Below are positions 19,689 through 29,287 of a stretch of 64,000 nucleotides of DNA, in pieces. The DNA comes from a virus (Duplodnaviria > Caudoviricetes). Every line of letters starts with the position of its first letter. Within the stretch, counting starts at the first letter, position 1. A program made the translations under genes and the position numbers. The stretch covers positions 12,351-76,350 of IMG/VR virus record IMGVR_UViG_2974668079_000001; one strand, written 5' to 3'. A model generated the notes under the pieces. It ran no database searches. It saw only the letters and a list, made by a program, of their open reading frames with translations, and was not told the origin of the DNA.

Positions 19689-22224
19689 GAGCCAAGTCGT
19701 CGGGTACAAGTACTGGGGTGCTATGCAGCTGGTACTTTGCCACCGAGGGCTTGAGTCGATTGATAGAATACGCGTAGGCGACAAGGTGGTATCCAGCGAG
19801 GTGATCACCCAGTCCAACTGCCTAAAGTACATCGACAAGTGGAACACGTTCGGAGGGGATAAGCGTGAGGGTGGTCCTGTGGGATTCGCCCGGTTCTTCT
19901 TCGGCAGTGACGACCAGCCAGTGAGCTCGTTGACTGAGAGTATGTATCAGAGCGGTACTGCTTTCCGTGGTGTGGTCAGCGTCTCCCTACCGAAGATGTA
20001 CTTCTCAGCAAACAACCCGTACATCAAGCCTTGGTCGTTTCGGGTGAGGTCTTACCCTGACACTCCGGGGTTAGCTCGTACGCACGTCAAGATCGATGCT
20101 GGTAACGGTATCGTGAATATGAACCCAGCACACATTATATACGCCTGTTTAGTAAGTCGTAGTGACCGCTGGGGTCTAGGTCTCGACTACACGAAGGACA
20201 TCGACGTTCCTTCATTTGCTTCGGCTGCTTCGGCGCTCTATGCAGAGAAGTTCGGTATCGGTATAGCGTGGGAGAACAACTCCGGCGTTGATGACTTCAT
20301 CAAAGAGATTCTACGCCACATAGACGGGGCTATATACGTTGACCAAGTGTCCGGCAAGCTTAAGCTAAAGTTGTTCCGTGGTGACTACACTGTTAGTGAT
20401 TTACCAGTTCTTGATAAGACTGTAGTAAAAGACCTTGAGAAGTTTGAGTACCCCCAGTGGGGTAACATCACCACTCAGGTAACTGTGAGTTACGTGGATG
20501 CTGTAGAGGGTAAGGAGAAGCCTGTTACCGTGCATAACATGGCTGCTCGTGATGTGCAGGGTAGGGACGTTCCAGTGGAGATAGACTTCCCCGGAATTAA
20601 CACACGCTGGCTAGCTTCTCGCGTTGCTTCCCGCGAACTTAACCAACTGTCACGTCGTTTAGTAAACGGTGTTCTGATCTGCAACCGCAAAGCCTCTAAG
20701 CACAATATTGGCGATGTGGTTCTCGTGGATCTACCTGACCGCGAGTTGGATAAGCGTATCATGCGTGTCGTGGAGAAGAGCTACGGATCGGAGCTTAAGG
20801 AAGAGATCCGCCTTACGGTGATCGAAGATACCTTTAAGACTGTGGACCCGTTAGTAATCGACACTGGCGACTCTGACTGGACAAGCCCAGATAGTCCACC
20901 ACAGCCCGTCGATTATCAGAAGCTAGTTGAGGCTACGTACTGGGAGGTGTCTACCTTCATCGGTGACACGCCTATCGACTGGAACACGCTGGGTGACAGC
21001 TACGGGTTTATCCGGGATTTGGCAGTCAGTGATGTAGGCTTCGGATACGACATCTACGCAACCACTGGAGGGGCTAGTGGCACTTACACAGATGTTGCCG
21101 ACGGTCAGTTTACTAACCGAGCGCAGCTGGACGGCGCTTTGGGTATGCCTACCGGGGCGGACTCTACTGTTAAGATCAAGGGTGTGCAAGACTATAGCTT
21201 AGTAATGCTCAACTCGCCTGTCCTAATAGGTGGGGAGCTGTGCTGGCTTAAGAGTGTAGACGTAGCGGCGAGTACGATTACTGCGACACGCGGTATTGTA
21301 GACACGGTGCCAACAACACACAGTGACGGTACTGAGGTTTGGTTCTACCGAGACACACGCACCTCGTTCGATGACACTAAGTACACTATCGGTCAGACGG
21401 TACACCATAAGCTGCTTACTAAGACTCCTAATGGGATTCTCCCAGAAAACCAAGCGTCGGCAATAAGCTTTACGATCACCGGACGTGCCCATAGACCTTA
21501 CCCGCCAGCACGACTACGCATCAACAACACGTACCTAGGGACGTCCTCTGGTCGTAATATGCGTATCGAGTGGGCACACCGAAACCGCTTAATGCAATCC
21601 GATAAGGTGCCTATGCCACAAACGTCGTCAAGTATCGCCGTAGAGCCGGGGACTAAGTACGAGCTGAAAGTGGTGGGGGCTTCTAGTGGAAACGTAGTCC
21701 TTGACAAGACTGGTATCGAGGGGACTCTGGAGACGTTGGACCAGAACGACCACTTGTACAAACTCAACCGTGCAGATAGCAGTGTTCGGATCGAGTTGCA
21801 GTCGAGAAGACCACATGGCAACACCACCCTGACGTCGTTTACTAAATGGAACCACACCGTAGCTTGGGCTGCTCCTGAGACTGAGACTGTCACGCCAGCT
21901 GGCGGCGCTCCGTACACACTAGGAGACCGAGTAAATGACATTATGATGCAGTATCGCGACTCGTTTGTAGAGTACAAGTTTGACATCTCAGCGGATAGAG
22001 CCGCGAATAATGCTCTTGAGGTCGAGGTCCGCAAGCTAAACATGCAGGGGGAGATGATCCAAGTAGAAGTATTCCGTGACAATAGCCGTGTGCATAACAG
22101 TACGAAGCAGGTTGGTAGTATCTGGCGTGTGAGCTCTCTTGCAGAAGGAGCATACCGGATCAAGCTGAGTAACAGGTCTACTGTGACGAATGTCAACATG
22201 CTGGCGAGGATTGTACCAGCGTAA
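19669..22224 (+). CDS. Central tail / host-specificity protein (gpJ-like)
   Basis: 851 aa; VVGYKYWGAMQLVLCH, NPAHIIY and ILRHIDG motifs; last gene of the tail module. Confidence 0.8.
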   Translation: MGGGGSKSQVVGYKYWGAMQLVLCHRGLESIDRIRVGDKVVSSEVITQSNCLKYIDKWNTFGGDKREGGPVGFARFFFGSDDQPVSSLTESMYQSGTAFRGVVSVSLPKMYFSANNPYIKPWSFRVRSYPDTPGLARTHVKIDAGNGIVNMNPAHIIYACLVSRSDRWGLGLDYTKDIDVPSFASAASALYAEKFGIGIAWENNSGVDDFIKEILRHIDGAIYVDQVSGKLKLKLFRGDYTVSDLPVLDKTVVKDLEKFEYPQWGNITTQVTVSYVDAVEGKEKPVTVHNMAARDVQGRDVPVEIDFPGINTRWLASRVASRELNQLSRRLVNGVLICNRKASKHNIGDVVLVDLPDRELDKRIMRVVEKSYGSELKEEIRLTVIEDTFKTVDPLVIDTGDSDWTSPDSPPQPVDYQKLVEATYWEVSTFIGDTPIDWNTLGDSYGFIRDLAVSDVGFGYDIYATTGGASGTYTDVADGQFTNRAQLDGALGMPTGADSTVKIKGVQDYSLVMLNSPVLIGGELCWLKSVDVAASTITATRGIVDTVPTTHSDGTEVWFYRDTRTSFDDTKYTIGQTVHHKLLTKTPNGILPENQASAISFTITGRAHRPYPPARLRINNTYLGTSSGRNMRIEWAHRNRLMQSDKVPMPQTSSSIAVEPGTKYELKVVGASSGNVVLDKTGIEGTLETLDQNDHLYKLNRADSSVRIELQSRRPHGNTTLTSFTKWNHTVAWAAPETETVTPAGGAPYTLGDRVNDIMMQYRDSFVEYKFDISADRAANNALEVEVRKLNMQGEMIQVEVFRDNSRVHNSTKQVGSIWRVSSLAEGAYRIKLSNRSTVTNVNMLARIVPA

Positions 22225-22231
22225 AACTAAT

Positions 22232-22260
22232 GCTCACGTACTAGGCGCGTGAGCCTTTTC
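22232..22260 (+). terminator. Probable terminator
   Basis: GCTCACG...CGTGAGC stem followed by TTTT. Confidence 0.55.
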
Positions 22261-22282
22261 TGCAACTAATTGAGGTGATACT

Positions 22283-22705
22283 ATGAACGCCGCTGTTAAT
22301 AGTAAGGGTCGGGATGACCCGAACGTGGTTAAAATGTGTCCGAAAGGGCAGGGTACGAAGGGGGACGGCGATGTGCCAAACGACACCAGTAAGCACATAG
22401 CTGCGGTACTCGTCCTGATAGTTGCCGGGGCGATCACATGGGCTGGCTTCCAGCTTAGTAATAACAACGCAGCACTTATGGCTCAGGCGGCAGTCTCGCA
22501 AAGCCAGAATGACCTTTTAAAGCAACTAAGTTCCGATGTCAGGATCATCCAATCTGGATTAGCGCAGCAAAACGGGGATCTGGGCGTTCTACGAGCAGAC
22601 CTCAACAACACGATGAGACGAGTTACCGGAGTGGAGGACCGACAGCAGCTCCTCGACAAGCAGGTACTACAAGCTCTTATCAATGGCAAACAAGCAAAGG
22701 GGTAA
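22283..22705 (+). CDS. Single-TM coiled-coil membrane protein of the lysis cassette
   Basis: One hydrophobic segment (HIAAVLVLIVAGAITWAGF) followed by a coiled coil. Confidence 0.6.
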   Translation: MNAAVNSKGRDDPNVVKMCPKGQGTKGDGDVPNDTSKHIAAVLVLIVAGAITWAGFQLSNNNAALMAQAAVSQSQNDLLKQLSSDVRIIQSGLAQQNGDLGVLRADLNNTMRRVTGVEDRQQLLDKQVLQALINGKQAKG

Positions 22706-22712
22706 AATCAAT

Positions 22713-22997
22713 ATGACTAAGATGCGCGAGTTTATCTTGCTCGCGCTATCCGTCGTGATAGCGTTAGCCGTAGTAGTGGGAATGGCAGACCCAATGGTAT
22801 TCGGTTTACTATTAGTAAAAACTGCCAAGGCGGTAGTGGCACTGGTCGCGGTTCGAGTCGCAGTCCACTACTTGGATAAGGTAATCGGAGTCAACTTCCG
22901 AGAGCATGTGCGGGGGTGGGATGGTCAAGCAATGGCTATTTACATGGGTGCTCGCTTTATTGGTGCTGCCGTTCTCTTCGGCTGCATCTTTAGTTAG
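22713..22997 (+). CDS. Putative holin
   Basis: About 94 aa with three hydrophobic segments; directly upstream of the endolysin. Confidence 0.6.
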   Translation: MTKMREFILLALSVVIALAVVVGMADPMVFGLLLVKTAKAVVALVAVRVAVHYLDKVIGVNFREHVRGWDGQAMAIYMGARFIGAAVLFGCIFS

Positions 22998-23511
22998 CAA
23001 CACCCAGTACGACAAGTACATCTACAAGGCATGGGAAGAGTACGTACCAGAGACACAATGCTGGTTATGGCTGAAGGCGCAATACTACCAAGAGAGTTTG
23101 CTGGACCCGGAAGCTACTAGCCATGTGGGAGCGATGGGATTAGCTCAGATCATGCCGGGAACGTGGATAGATGTTAGTAAGAAACTTAAGTTCAATCCGA
23201 GAGCATCACCGTACGACCCGAAGCTCTCTATCGAAGCCGGAGCGTTCTACTTACGCTACCAGTGGTCACAGTGGAGAGCCAAGCGGACCTTTGAGGATAG
23301 AATCAGTTTAGCCTTTGCCGGATACAACGCTGGCTTAGGCAACATACTAAAAGCACAGCGCCTGTCAGGGGGTCGGGCAGACTGGAAGTCGATTAGTTAC
23401 TTTCTACCGGAGGTCACGGGAGAGAACAGCAAAGAGACTATCCAATACGTTGAGCGTATCTTTCGCTGGAAAAAGCAACTGGACGAACGCCGAAGTTGTG
23501 CAGTTTACTAA
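22921..23511 (+). CDS. Endolysin, soluble lytic transglycosylase (SLT) with a probable signal peptide
   Basis: QESLLDPEATSHVGAMGLAQIMPGT, AGYNAG and ETIQYV motifs; start uncertain. Confidence 0.85.
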   Translation: MVKQWLFTWVLALLVLPFSSAASLVSNTQYDKYIYKAWEEYVPETQCWLWLKAQYYQESLLDPEATSHVGAMGLAQIMPGTWIDVSKKLKFNPRASPYDPKLSIEAGAFYLRYQWSQWRAKRTFEDRISLAFAGYNAGLGNILKAQRLSGGRADWKSISYFLPEVTGENSKETIQYVERIFRWKKQLDERRSCAVY

Positions 23512-23519
23512 AATGATAA

Positions 23520-23546
23520 TGGGGAGCTTCGGCTCCCCTTGTTTTT
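23520..23546 (+). terminator. Terminator of the recurrent GGGAGC-TTCG-GCTCCC type
   Basis: The same hairpin recurs near 34758, 51261 and 52886. Confidence 0.75.
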
Positions 23547-23566
23547 ACTAAGAGGGAATTACTAAA

Positions 23567-24058
23567 ATGTTTATTCGTTTACTAAGCATGGGCGGTACAT
23601 TACTAAAAGGACTATCTGCGTTCTGGAACCGATACAAATTACTAATTGTTATCACCCTCGTCGCAGGAGCTCTCTACCGCGCCTATTCCATCGGATATGA
23701 CCTAGGGTCTACCTACGAGCGTAACAAGGCTGTGGTAGCCGTTCTGGAAGCCACAACCAAGGCTCGCACGGAGGAGTTCCAGTACTATAAGAAGCAACTG
23801 CGACTTATGACCGAAAAACACAACAAAGAGCTAACACTGGAGAGAGAAAATGCTCGGATACAAGCAACCATCGACAACAAGCAACTTACTAAACAACCAG
23901 CCTGCAAAATTAGTAAAGACGATGATGCTAAGCCTGTTCTTACTAATGGGTACGTCGAGCTGTACAACGACGCAGTTCGAGCCGCAAATCGAGCCACCCA
24001 AGAAGGAGATACCGGAGGAATTACTAAAACGATGCCCACCGCTGAAAACGGTGGATAG
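23567..24058 (+). CDS. i-spanin (Rz-like)
   Basis: N-terminal TM segment plus coiled coil, after the endolysin. Confidence 0.7.
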   Translation: MFIRLLSMGGTLLKGLSAFWNRYKLLIVITLVAGALYRAYSIGYDLGSTYERNKAVVAVLEATTKARTEEFQYYKKQLRLMTEKHNKELTLERENARIQATIDNKQLTKQPACKISKDDDAKPVLTNGYVELYNDAVRAANRATQEGDTGGITKTMPTAENGG

Positions 24059-24182
24059 TAACGACCCGTGGGTTTTACTAAAAGTAGCCACGGAGAATAT
24101 AGGAACAGCAGCAGTCTGTATCCTTAACTACCACACCCTCCAAGACACTGTATCCGACAGTGGCGAAAAAGACAGCAACTAA
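23922..24182 (+). CDS. o-spanin lipoprotein (Rz1-like)
   Basis: MMLSLFLLMGTSS-C lipobox; Pro-rich; overlaps the 3' end of Rz in another frame. Confidence 0.75.
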   Translation: MMLSLFLLMGTSSCTTTQFEPQIEPPKKEIPEELLKRCPPLKTVDSNDPWVLLKVATENIGTAAVCILNYHTLQDTVSDSGEKDSN

Positions 24183-24188
24183 AAACTA

Positions 24189-24218
24189 TTGACAGCCATA
24201 CTACAGTTCGTGTAGTAT
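24189..24218 (+). promoter_or_regulatory. Sigma70-type promoter of the replication block with an overlapping inverted repeat
   Basis: TTGACA-N18-TAGTAT; ATACTACA-N5-TGTAGTAT palindrome. Confidence 0.65.
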
Positions 24219-24252
24219 GGCTTCCGAACCATATCCAACTGGAGATAACATA

Positions 24253-24570
24253 ATGCTTATAAAACCTGAGACGCTATCAGTTCGCCTAGACGTAACCCGC
24301 GTCCTATCACCCCGCTGCGCTATCCTGCTGGCGATAATACAGCACACGTACGACCACAGCTGTGCGTCCCACAATGACTGTCGGATGCACGAAGGCAAGC
24401 GTTGGGTACGAATCAGTAACTCTGAGTTCCGAGAGCTAACAAGCTTTAGTCCAACCACGATTACTAAAAGTATCCAATCCCTAGTGTCGTTCAGTATGAT
24501 CGAGACTAAGACTCTTACTAAAGATAAAGGTGATGTGGCTAACTGGTTCACAGTCAACAAGGAGGAGTAG
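24253..24570 (+). CDS. Stand-alone winged-helix protein paralogous to the initiator N-terminus
   Basis: AILLAII..EGKRWVRIS..FSPTTITKSIQSLV..ANWFTVN pattern is shared with the next gene. Confidence 0.6.
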   Translation: MLIKPETLSVRLDVTRVLSPRCAILLAIIQHTYDHSCASHNDCRMHEGKRWVRISNSEFRELTSFSPTTITKSIQSLVSFSMIETKTLTKDKGDVANWFTVNKEE

Positions 24571-24572
24571 TC

Positions 24573-25592
24573 ATGCGAGCCTTCCGACTTCCCGATATTC
24601 TGCAATCGGACACCACGAGCTTTAACACAGACCTAGCGGTAAAGATTGGGATAACGCCCGCTATCATATTGGGAAGTGTTGCTTACTCGATAGAAGCTCT
24701 CTACGAGAGTGGGACCGCTAAGGAGTATGATGGGAGCTACTGGGCTAGGGTATCCACACGCAAGCTAGCCGAGCGATTCCCGTTCCTGTCTACCCGCACG
24801 ATAGAACGCGCCAAGAAGCATCTAGTAGATTTGGGATTAGTAAGAATTGACTTTATTGGATCTGAGATGATGGATGTTAAAGTTGATAACACATCGTGGT
24901 GGTCCATAAACGAAGATTCTATTAGTAAACTGTCCAGTTTAGGGGATACCGACAAAATGGCGGATACCCCCTCAGACCGACAAAATGACGTAGTAGGGTC
25001 TCCGCCAGAATGTCGGGGGGATCACCGTCAAAGTGGCGGACAATATAAGAGTAATATAAAAGAGAGTAAAGAATCTTCTACCGAAGATTCTACCCTATCT
25101 AAGCGTACGCGTAGGACTCGTAAGCAGAGAACTAAGGACTTTGGCATTAGTAAGGGTAACTTACCGCAGCGTAGAAAGAGAACTGCGAAGAAAGAACCTG
25201 AGCTTACTAAACACACTTTCGTTCTTGAGAAGCTGGGAGGTGAAAAGTACGTTCTTACTAAAGCTGGCTTTGATAAGCTACTTGAGTTTATTAAGCGCCA
25301 AGACATCCAGCTTAGTGAAGAAGAGCTCAACGCATGGATTGAACTCAACAAGTCCAGCTTAGGGCTGAGAATCACCTCGAAGACGCAGGTAGTCAAGACC
25401 ATCCAGAACTGGCTAGCTAGATTCAACGAGAGTGACCGCTGGAGGCTTGATAAGCAGTTGGGTAAGGGTAACGACCCGGCTAGTGGTCGAAACCGCCCAC
25501 AGAGGCTTAACGGGAATATCAGCGACAAGCACACGGAAAGTGAAATACGCGTACCAAAACACTTACAAAGATTAGTAAATAAGGAGTCTTAG
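24573..25592 (+). CDS. Replication initiator protein (lambda O-like organisation)
   Basis: N-terminal wHTH (AIILG..DGSYWAR..STRTIERAKKHLVDLGLV), internal iterons, IQNWL near the C-terminus, followed by a DnaC-like gene. Confidence 0.75.
   Translation: MRAFRLPDILQSDTTSFNTDLAVKIGITPAIILGSVAYSIEALYESGTAKEYDGSYWARVSTRKLAERFPFLSTRTIERAKKHLVDLGLVRIDFIGSEMMDVKVDNTSWWSINEDSISKLSSLGDTDKMADTPSDRQNDVVGSPPECRGDHRQSGGQYKSNIKESKESSTEDSTLSKRTRRTRKQRTKDFGISKGNLPQRRKRTAKKEPELTKHTFVLEKLGGEKYVLTKAGFDKLLEFIKRQDIQLSEEELNAWIELNKSSLGLRITSKTQVVKTIQNWLARFNESDRWRLDKQLGKGNDPASGRNRPQRLNGNISDKHTESEIRVPKHLQRLVNKES
24949..25080. repeat. Putative replication origin: four 15-bp palindromic iterons plus an AT-rich tract
   Basis: CCGACAAAATGGCGG 24949, CCGACAAAATGACGT 24977, CCGCCAGAATGTCGG 25002, CCGTCAAAGTGGCGG 25025. 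Confidence 0.7.
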
Positions 25593-25596
25593 TAAA

Positions 25597-26433
25597 ATGA
25601 ATGAACTAAACAAGTTACGCTCCTTGGCAGACCGAATTAGTATTGGTCAGTTAAAGGAGCGTCGAGGGGAGTTCCCAGAAATCCTCCGTAAACTTGCCGA
25701 GGCTGGGGACGATGTCTCTGCGTACATGAAGCCGCGATTCCACCCACGTGTGAACAAGATGAGAACTCGCGGCATCCCACAGCTGCACAGACGTAGCACG
25801 TTCAGCTCGTTCGAAGCCAAGGGCAGTCTTGCTGGCAAGCGTGATATGGTCCGCGCTTACGCAGAGAACTTCACGGAGATGTTCGAGGAGGGAACGGACC
25901 TCGTGCTTATCGGTGGTAACGGGACCGGGAAGACACACCTAGCCAGTGCGCTAGGTCTGACGCTTGGGGTGCGTACCTGCATGATTGCTGAAGCCCGATC
26001 CTTGTACAAGGAACTCAGTGAGGACGACCAACGATACTTCGAGCTGTTCGGTGATGTAATCCCGCCGTTCAAGTTCGTGAACATCGAGCGCGTCATGCAA
26101 GGGCTTATGAGCGCATTCGATGCCAAGGTCAATCATTGGGACAACGGTGAGGAGTTCCGCGCCAAGGAGGAGGAGTTCCAGAACTTGGTAGAGCTGAACG
26201 GTTTACTAATCTTGGATGAGTATGCCGCTACCAAAGTCAACCCGATGTGCTTGAACTTCCTTAACCGACTGGCTACGTACCGATACGATAATCGACTACC
26301 GACGTGCGTTATTACTAACCGAACGGAAGAAGAGCTTCGAGAGTACGACTCAACGGCAGCAAGCAGGTTCTTATCCAGCGATGGTTTAGTAATTCGCTTT
26401 GACGAGGGAGACTACCGTGCAAAAGGTCGATAG
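25597..26433 (+). CDS. DnaC/IstB-like AAA+ helicase loader
   Basis: GGNGTGKTHLA Walker A, LLILDE Walker B, RYDNRLPTCVITN, SRF. Confidence 0.85.
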   Translation: MNELNKLRSLADRISIGQLKERRGEFPEILRKLAEAGDDVSAYMKPRFHPRVNKMRTRGIPQLHRRSTFSSFEAKGSLAGKRDMVRAYAENFTEMFEEGTDLVLIGGNGTGKTHLASALGLTLGVRTCMIAEARSLYKELSEDDQRYFELFGDVIPPFKFVNIERVMQGLMSAFDAKVNHWDNGEEFRAKEEEFQNLVELNGLLILDEYAATKVNPMCLNFLNRLATYRYDNRLPTCVITNRTEEELREYDSTAASRFLSSDGLVIRFDEGDYRAKGR

Positions 26434-26839
26434 ACTTCGACAAGACTTCAAGCGTCTTACTAATCAGGAGAAGAATCAATTCCTGTTCTGGCTGGGGCTT
26501 TCTTCGCAGGAAGCCTCAGAACGCTTTTCAGAGCGTAAGATATACGAATGCCTTAAGAGCTCACTCTCCAAGCTGTCAGCAGCCGGAGATTTGCAATTTG
26601 AGGCGGTTAAATCGGGTCAGACTGGTGAACACTTCCAAAAAGTAGTTGAGAAGGTGAATACCGCAGCTGAAACGCTCCAGCCTAATGAGCGAGAGCGTTT
26701 CTTAGTAAAATACTGCGCTACTGCTGTTGGTCGTCTGGTTGTTCTGGACTCACCCTTACAACTTCCACATTTACTAAGAATGATTGCCCGTCATCACGAG
26801 CAGATCATGGGGGACTTAAAACGTGAGCTTTCTTACTAA
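26417..26839 (+). CDS. Hypothetical protein
   Basis: Fills the gap between the loader and the exonuclease; GTG start after GGAG is inferred. Confidence 0.55.
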   Translation: MQKVDRLRQDFKRLTNQEKNQFLFWLGLSSQEASERFSERKIYECLKSSLSKLSAAGDLQFEAVKSGQTGEHFQKVVEKVNTAAETLQPNERERFLVKYCATAVGRLVVLDSPLQLPHLLRMIARHHEQIMGDLKRELSY

Positions 26840-27677
26840 GAATAAACGAGTACTACTCCTCGTTGATGTATCGAACATAATGTATAAGGCTATGCACATC
26901 CATAAGAATCTTACTAAAGATGGTAAGTTCACGGGTGGCATTTACGGTTTTATGGCGCAAGTAAGCACGGCTATCCGTGAGAACGAGGCTACGCATATTG
27001 TGTTCTGTTTTGACCGCAAGCCGTACTTCCGTGAAGAAGGGCTGAGCATTGACTACAAAGCAGGTCGTGAGAAGTCGCCAGAGACTGAGGACCGACTAGC
27101 CCAGACTGAAGACGCCGTACACGACCTTACTGGTCATTTCACTAAGTGGGAGTTCGATGGTTTGGAAGCCGACGACTTGATCGCCTACGCAGTAAAACGC
27201 TACTACCACCGATTCGACAAGATCATAGTTCAGACCAGCGACACCGACCCTTATCAACTGTTCCGCGAAGCTGACACTAAGCTGGGCTTTTGGAAGAACC
27301 AGAAGGACGGTCTATTTACCTACGCTGACTTCATCGAAACATCTGGGTTCACTATGGGTGACGAGTGGTTGGCACTGGACGCTATCACTGGCGGTCACAA
27401 TGGTATGGGTAAGGGCATCGTAGGGTACGGTCCTAAGAAAGCCACGGACCTGATCCAGAAGCGTTCGAGCACCGTACGCGACTTGCTCTACATCTACCCG
27501 GATGCGGGGTACAACTACACAGTCATGCAGCTACCGCACGAAGGAATCCACCAATACGACGGGGAAATACGCCTAGGTCTTAAGAGCATGTCTCGTAAGG
27601 ACCTTACTAAATTCTGCGCAGCGTATGGAATTAAAATGCCTCCGGCATGGGTAGAAACTTTTACTAAGGTTAAATAA
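26823..27677 (+). CDS. 5'-3' exonuclease / flap endonuclease (PolA N-terminal-like)
   Basis: LLVDVSN, VFCFD, DYKAGR, EADDLIA, TSDTD and GIVGYGPKKA motifs. Confidence 0.88.
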   Translation: MSFLTKNKRVLLLVDVSNIMYKAMHIHKNLTKDGKFTGGIYGFMAQVSTAIRENEATHIVFCFDRKPYFREEGLSIDYKAGREKSPETEDRLAQTEDAVHDLTGHFTKWEFDGLEADDLIAYAVKRYYHRFDKIIVQTSDTDPYQLFREADTKLGFWKNQKDGLFTYADFIETSGFTMGDEWLALDAITGGHNGMGKGIVGYGPKKATDLIQKRSSTVRDLLYIYPDAGYNYTVMQLPHEGIHQYDGEIRLGLKSMSRKDLTKFCAAYGIKMPPAWVETFTKVK

Positions 27678-29287
27678 TGGCTAAGAACAAGAACATGATG
27701 AGTATCCCGGATGCTCAGGACATCGTGACGCTGGCATGTTTCGACGAGAAGTGTGCTCCGCAGATGTTCGCCTCGGTGACGCTCAAGCATTTGCCTAACG
27801 ACAAGCTCCGTGAAGTGTTCTCGCGTGCGAAGGACTACTTCGATGAGTACGGGATGCCTATCGGCTCTCACCTAACCAACGAGTTCGCTGACGAGCTGAA
27901 TGACCGCAAGCAGCGTGCGCGTGCTAATGGCTACAGAGAGCTGTTAGAAGGTTTGATGGAGAACTACGAGGTAGTCAACCCACAGTACGTTCTAAAGGGG
28001 CTGAAGGACTTCCTATTCGTGCAGGAGATGCGCGGTAATATTCCGAAGCTGGTTGAGCACTTAGAAGACAACAAACTGGAAGAGGTAGAGAAGGTTCTTA
28101 CTAAACTGGCGTCCAGTAAGCAGGAAGAAGACTTCAACTACATCTGGGCTTCAGACATGGAGCAAGTCTACCACGGAATCTTCAACCGTGAGGTGGGCGA
28201 GAGTCTTGAGATCGGCATCAAGGAACTGGATGAGAACAACGTCCGACCTACCAAGAAAGAGCTGTTAGTAATGCTGGCACCTCCTAAGCGTGGTAAATCA
28301 TGGTTCGGTGTGCAGTGCTTGCGAGCAGGCATCCAGAACAAGAAGAAGAAATGGAAGACTTTACTAATTACGCTGGAAATGGCACACGTTAAGTTCGGTG
28401 AGCGTTTTGTGCAGAACCTATGGGGTCGCTGTTTGGGCGAGCCTCAGACAGTGTCGAGCACCATCATTCATACCGACGAGTTTGGGCACGTCCAAAACAT
28501 TGACAATCAGCCGCGTTATGAGTGCAAGTCTATTCTGGACGAGTTCGCAGACGAGAAGCACGCAGCGCGAGAGACTGCTCAATGGTTTGAGAAGCACTCG
28601 ACAGAGCGTCCATTCGTGTTAGCGCAGTTCCCAACGGGTTCTTTTACTATGCGTAAACTGAGAGCGTTCGTGGACTGGCTTGATAAGGTAGAGGGATGGC
28701 ATCCAGACCAGATTATCCTAGACTATCCGGGTATCATGAAGCTGGACATTAACAACAAGCGCCAAGCTATGAACCAACTCTATCAGGACTTACGTGGCTT
28801 TGGTGTTAGTAATAACATCGCTATGGTAGCATTCCACCAATCGAACCGTGACGGTGCGCGTGAGCAGACAGTGGACGACGTGATCGATGAGACTAACGCA
28901 GGTGAAGACTTCTCGGTAACACAGCACGCTGATTACTTGATCACGTACAACCAGTCGCCGGAAGAGCGTGAGCTTAACTTGGCACGTTTGTTCGTACCAC
29001 TAAACCGTAACGGTAAGGACAAGTACCAGATCGTTATTAGTCAAAACTATGCCACGGGACAATTCTGCTTAACCAGTGGATACCGTGACAGTCGATATAA
29101 GGATATGGTAGTTGAGGATTCGGACGAAGCTGGAGAAAATCCAACAAGGGAGAGGGCAGGGGTGGAGCCGCCTGCGGGATACCAAATTGATGAGTACGGG
29201 AACTGGTTCGACCCAGAAACCGGAGAGTCGTGGACAGGAGCAAGAGTCGATGCCAACAGTTCGGGATTTCTTAAACAGACGCCTTGA
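27677..29287 (+). CDS. Replicative DNA helicase (DnaB-like)
   Basis: APPKRGKS Walker A, LITLEM, IILDY, FHQSNR, QHAD, LNRNG. Confidence 0.85.
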   Translation: MAKNKNMMSIPDAQDIVTLACFDEKCAPQMFASVTLKHLPNDKLREVFSRAKDYFDEYGMPIGSHLTNEFADELNDRKQRARANGYRELLEGLMENYEVVNPQYVLKGLKDFLFVQEMRGNIPKLVEHLEDNKLEEVEKVLTKLASSKQEEDFNYIWASDMEQVYHGIFNREVGESLEIGIKELDENNVRPTKKELLVMLAPPKRGKSWFGVQCLRAGIQNKKKKWKTLLITLEMAHVKFGERFVQNLWGRCLGEPQTVSSTIIHTDEFGHVQNIDNQPRYECKSILDEFADEKHAARETAQWFEKHSTERPFVLAQFPTGSFTMRKLRAFVDWLDKVEGWHPDQIILDYPGIMKLDINNKRQAMNQLYQDLRGFGVSNNIAMVAFHQSNRDGAREQTVDDVIDETNAGEDFSVTQHADYLITYNQSPEERELNLARLFVPLNRNGKDKYQIVISQNYATGQFCLTSGYRDSRYKDMVVEDSDEAGENPTRERAGVEPPAGYQIDEYGNWFDPETGESWTGARVDANSSGFLKQTP

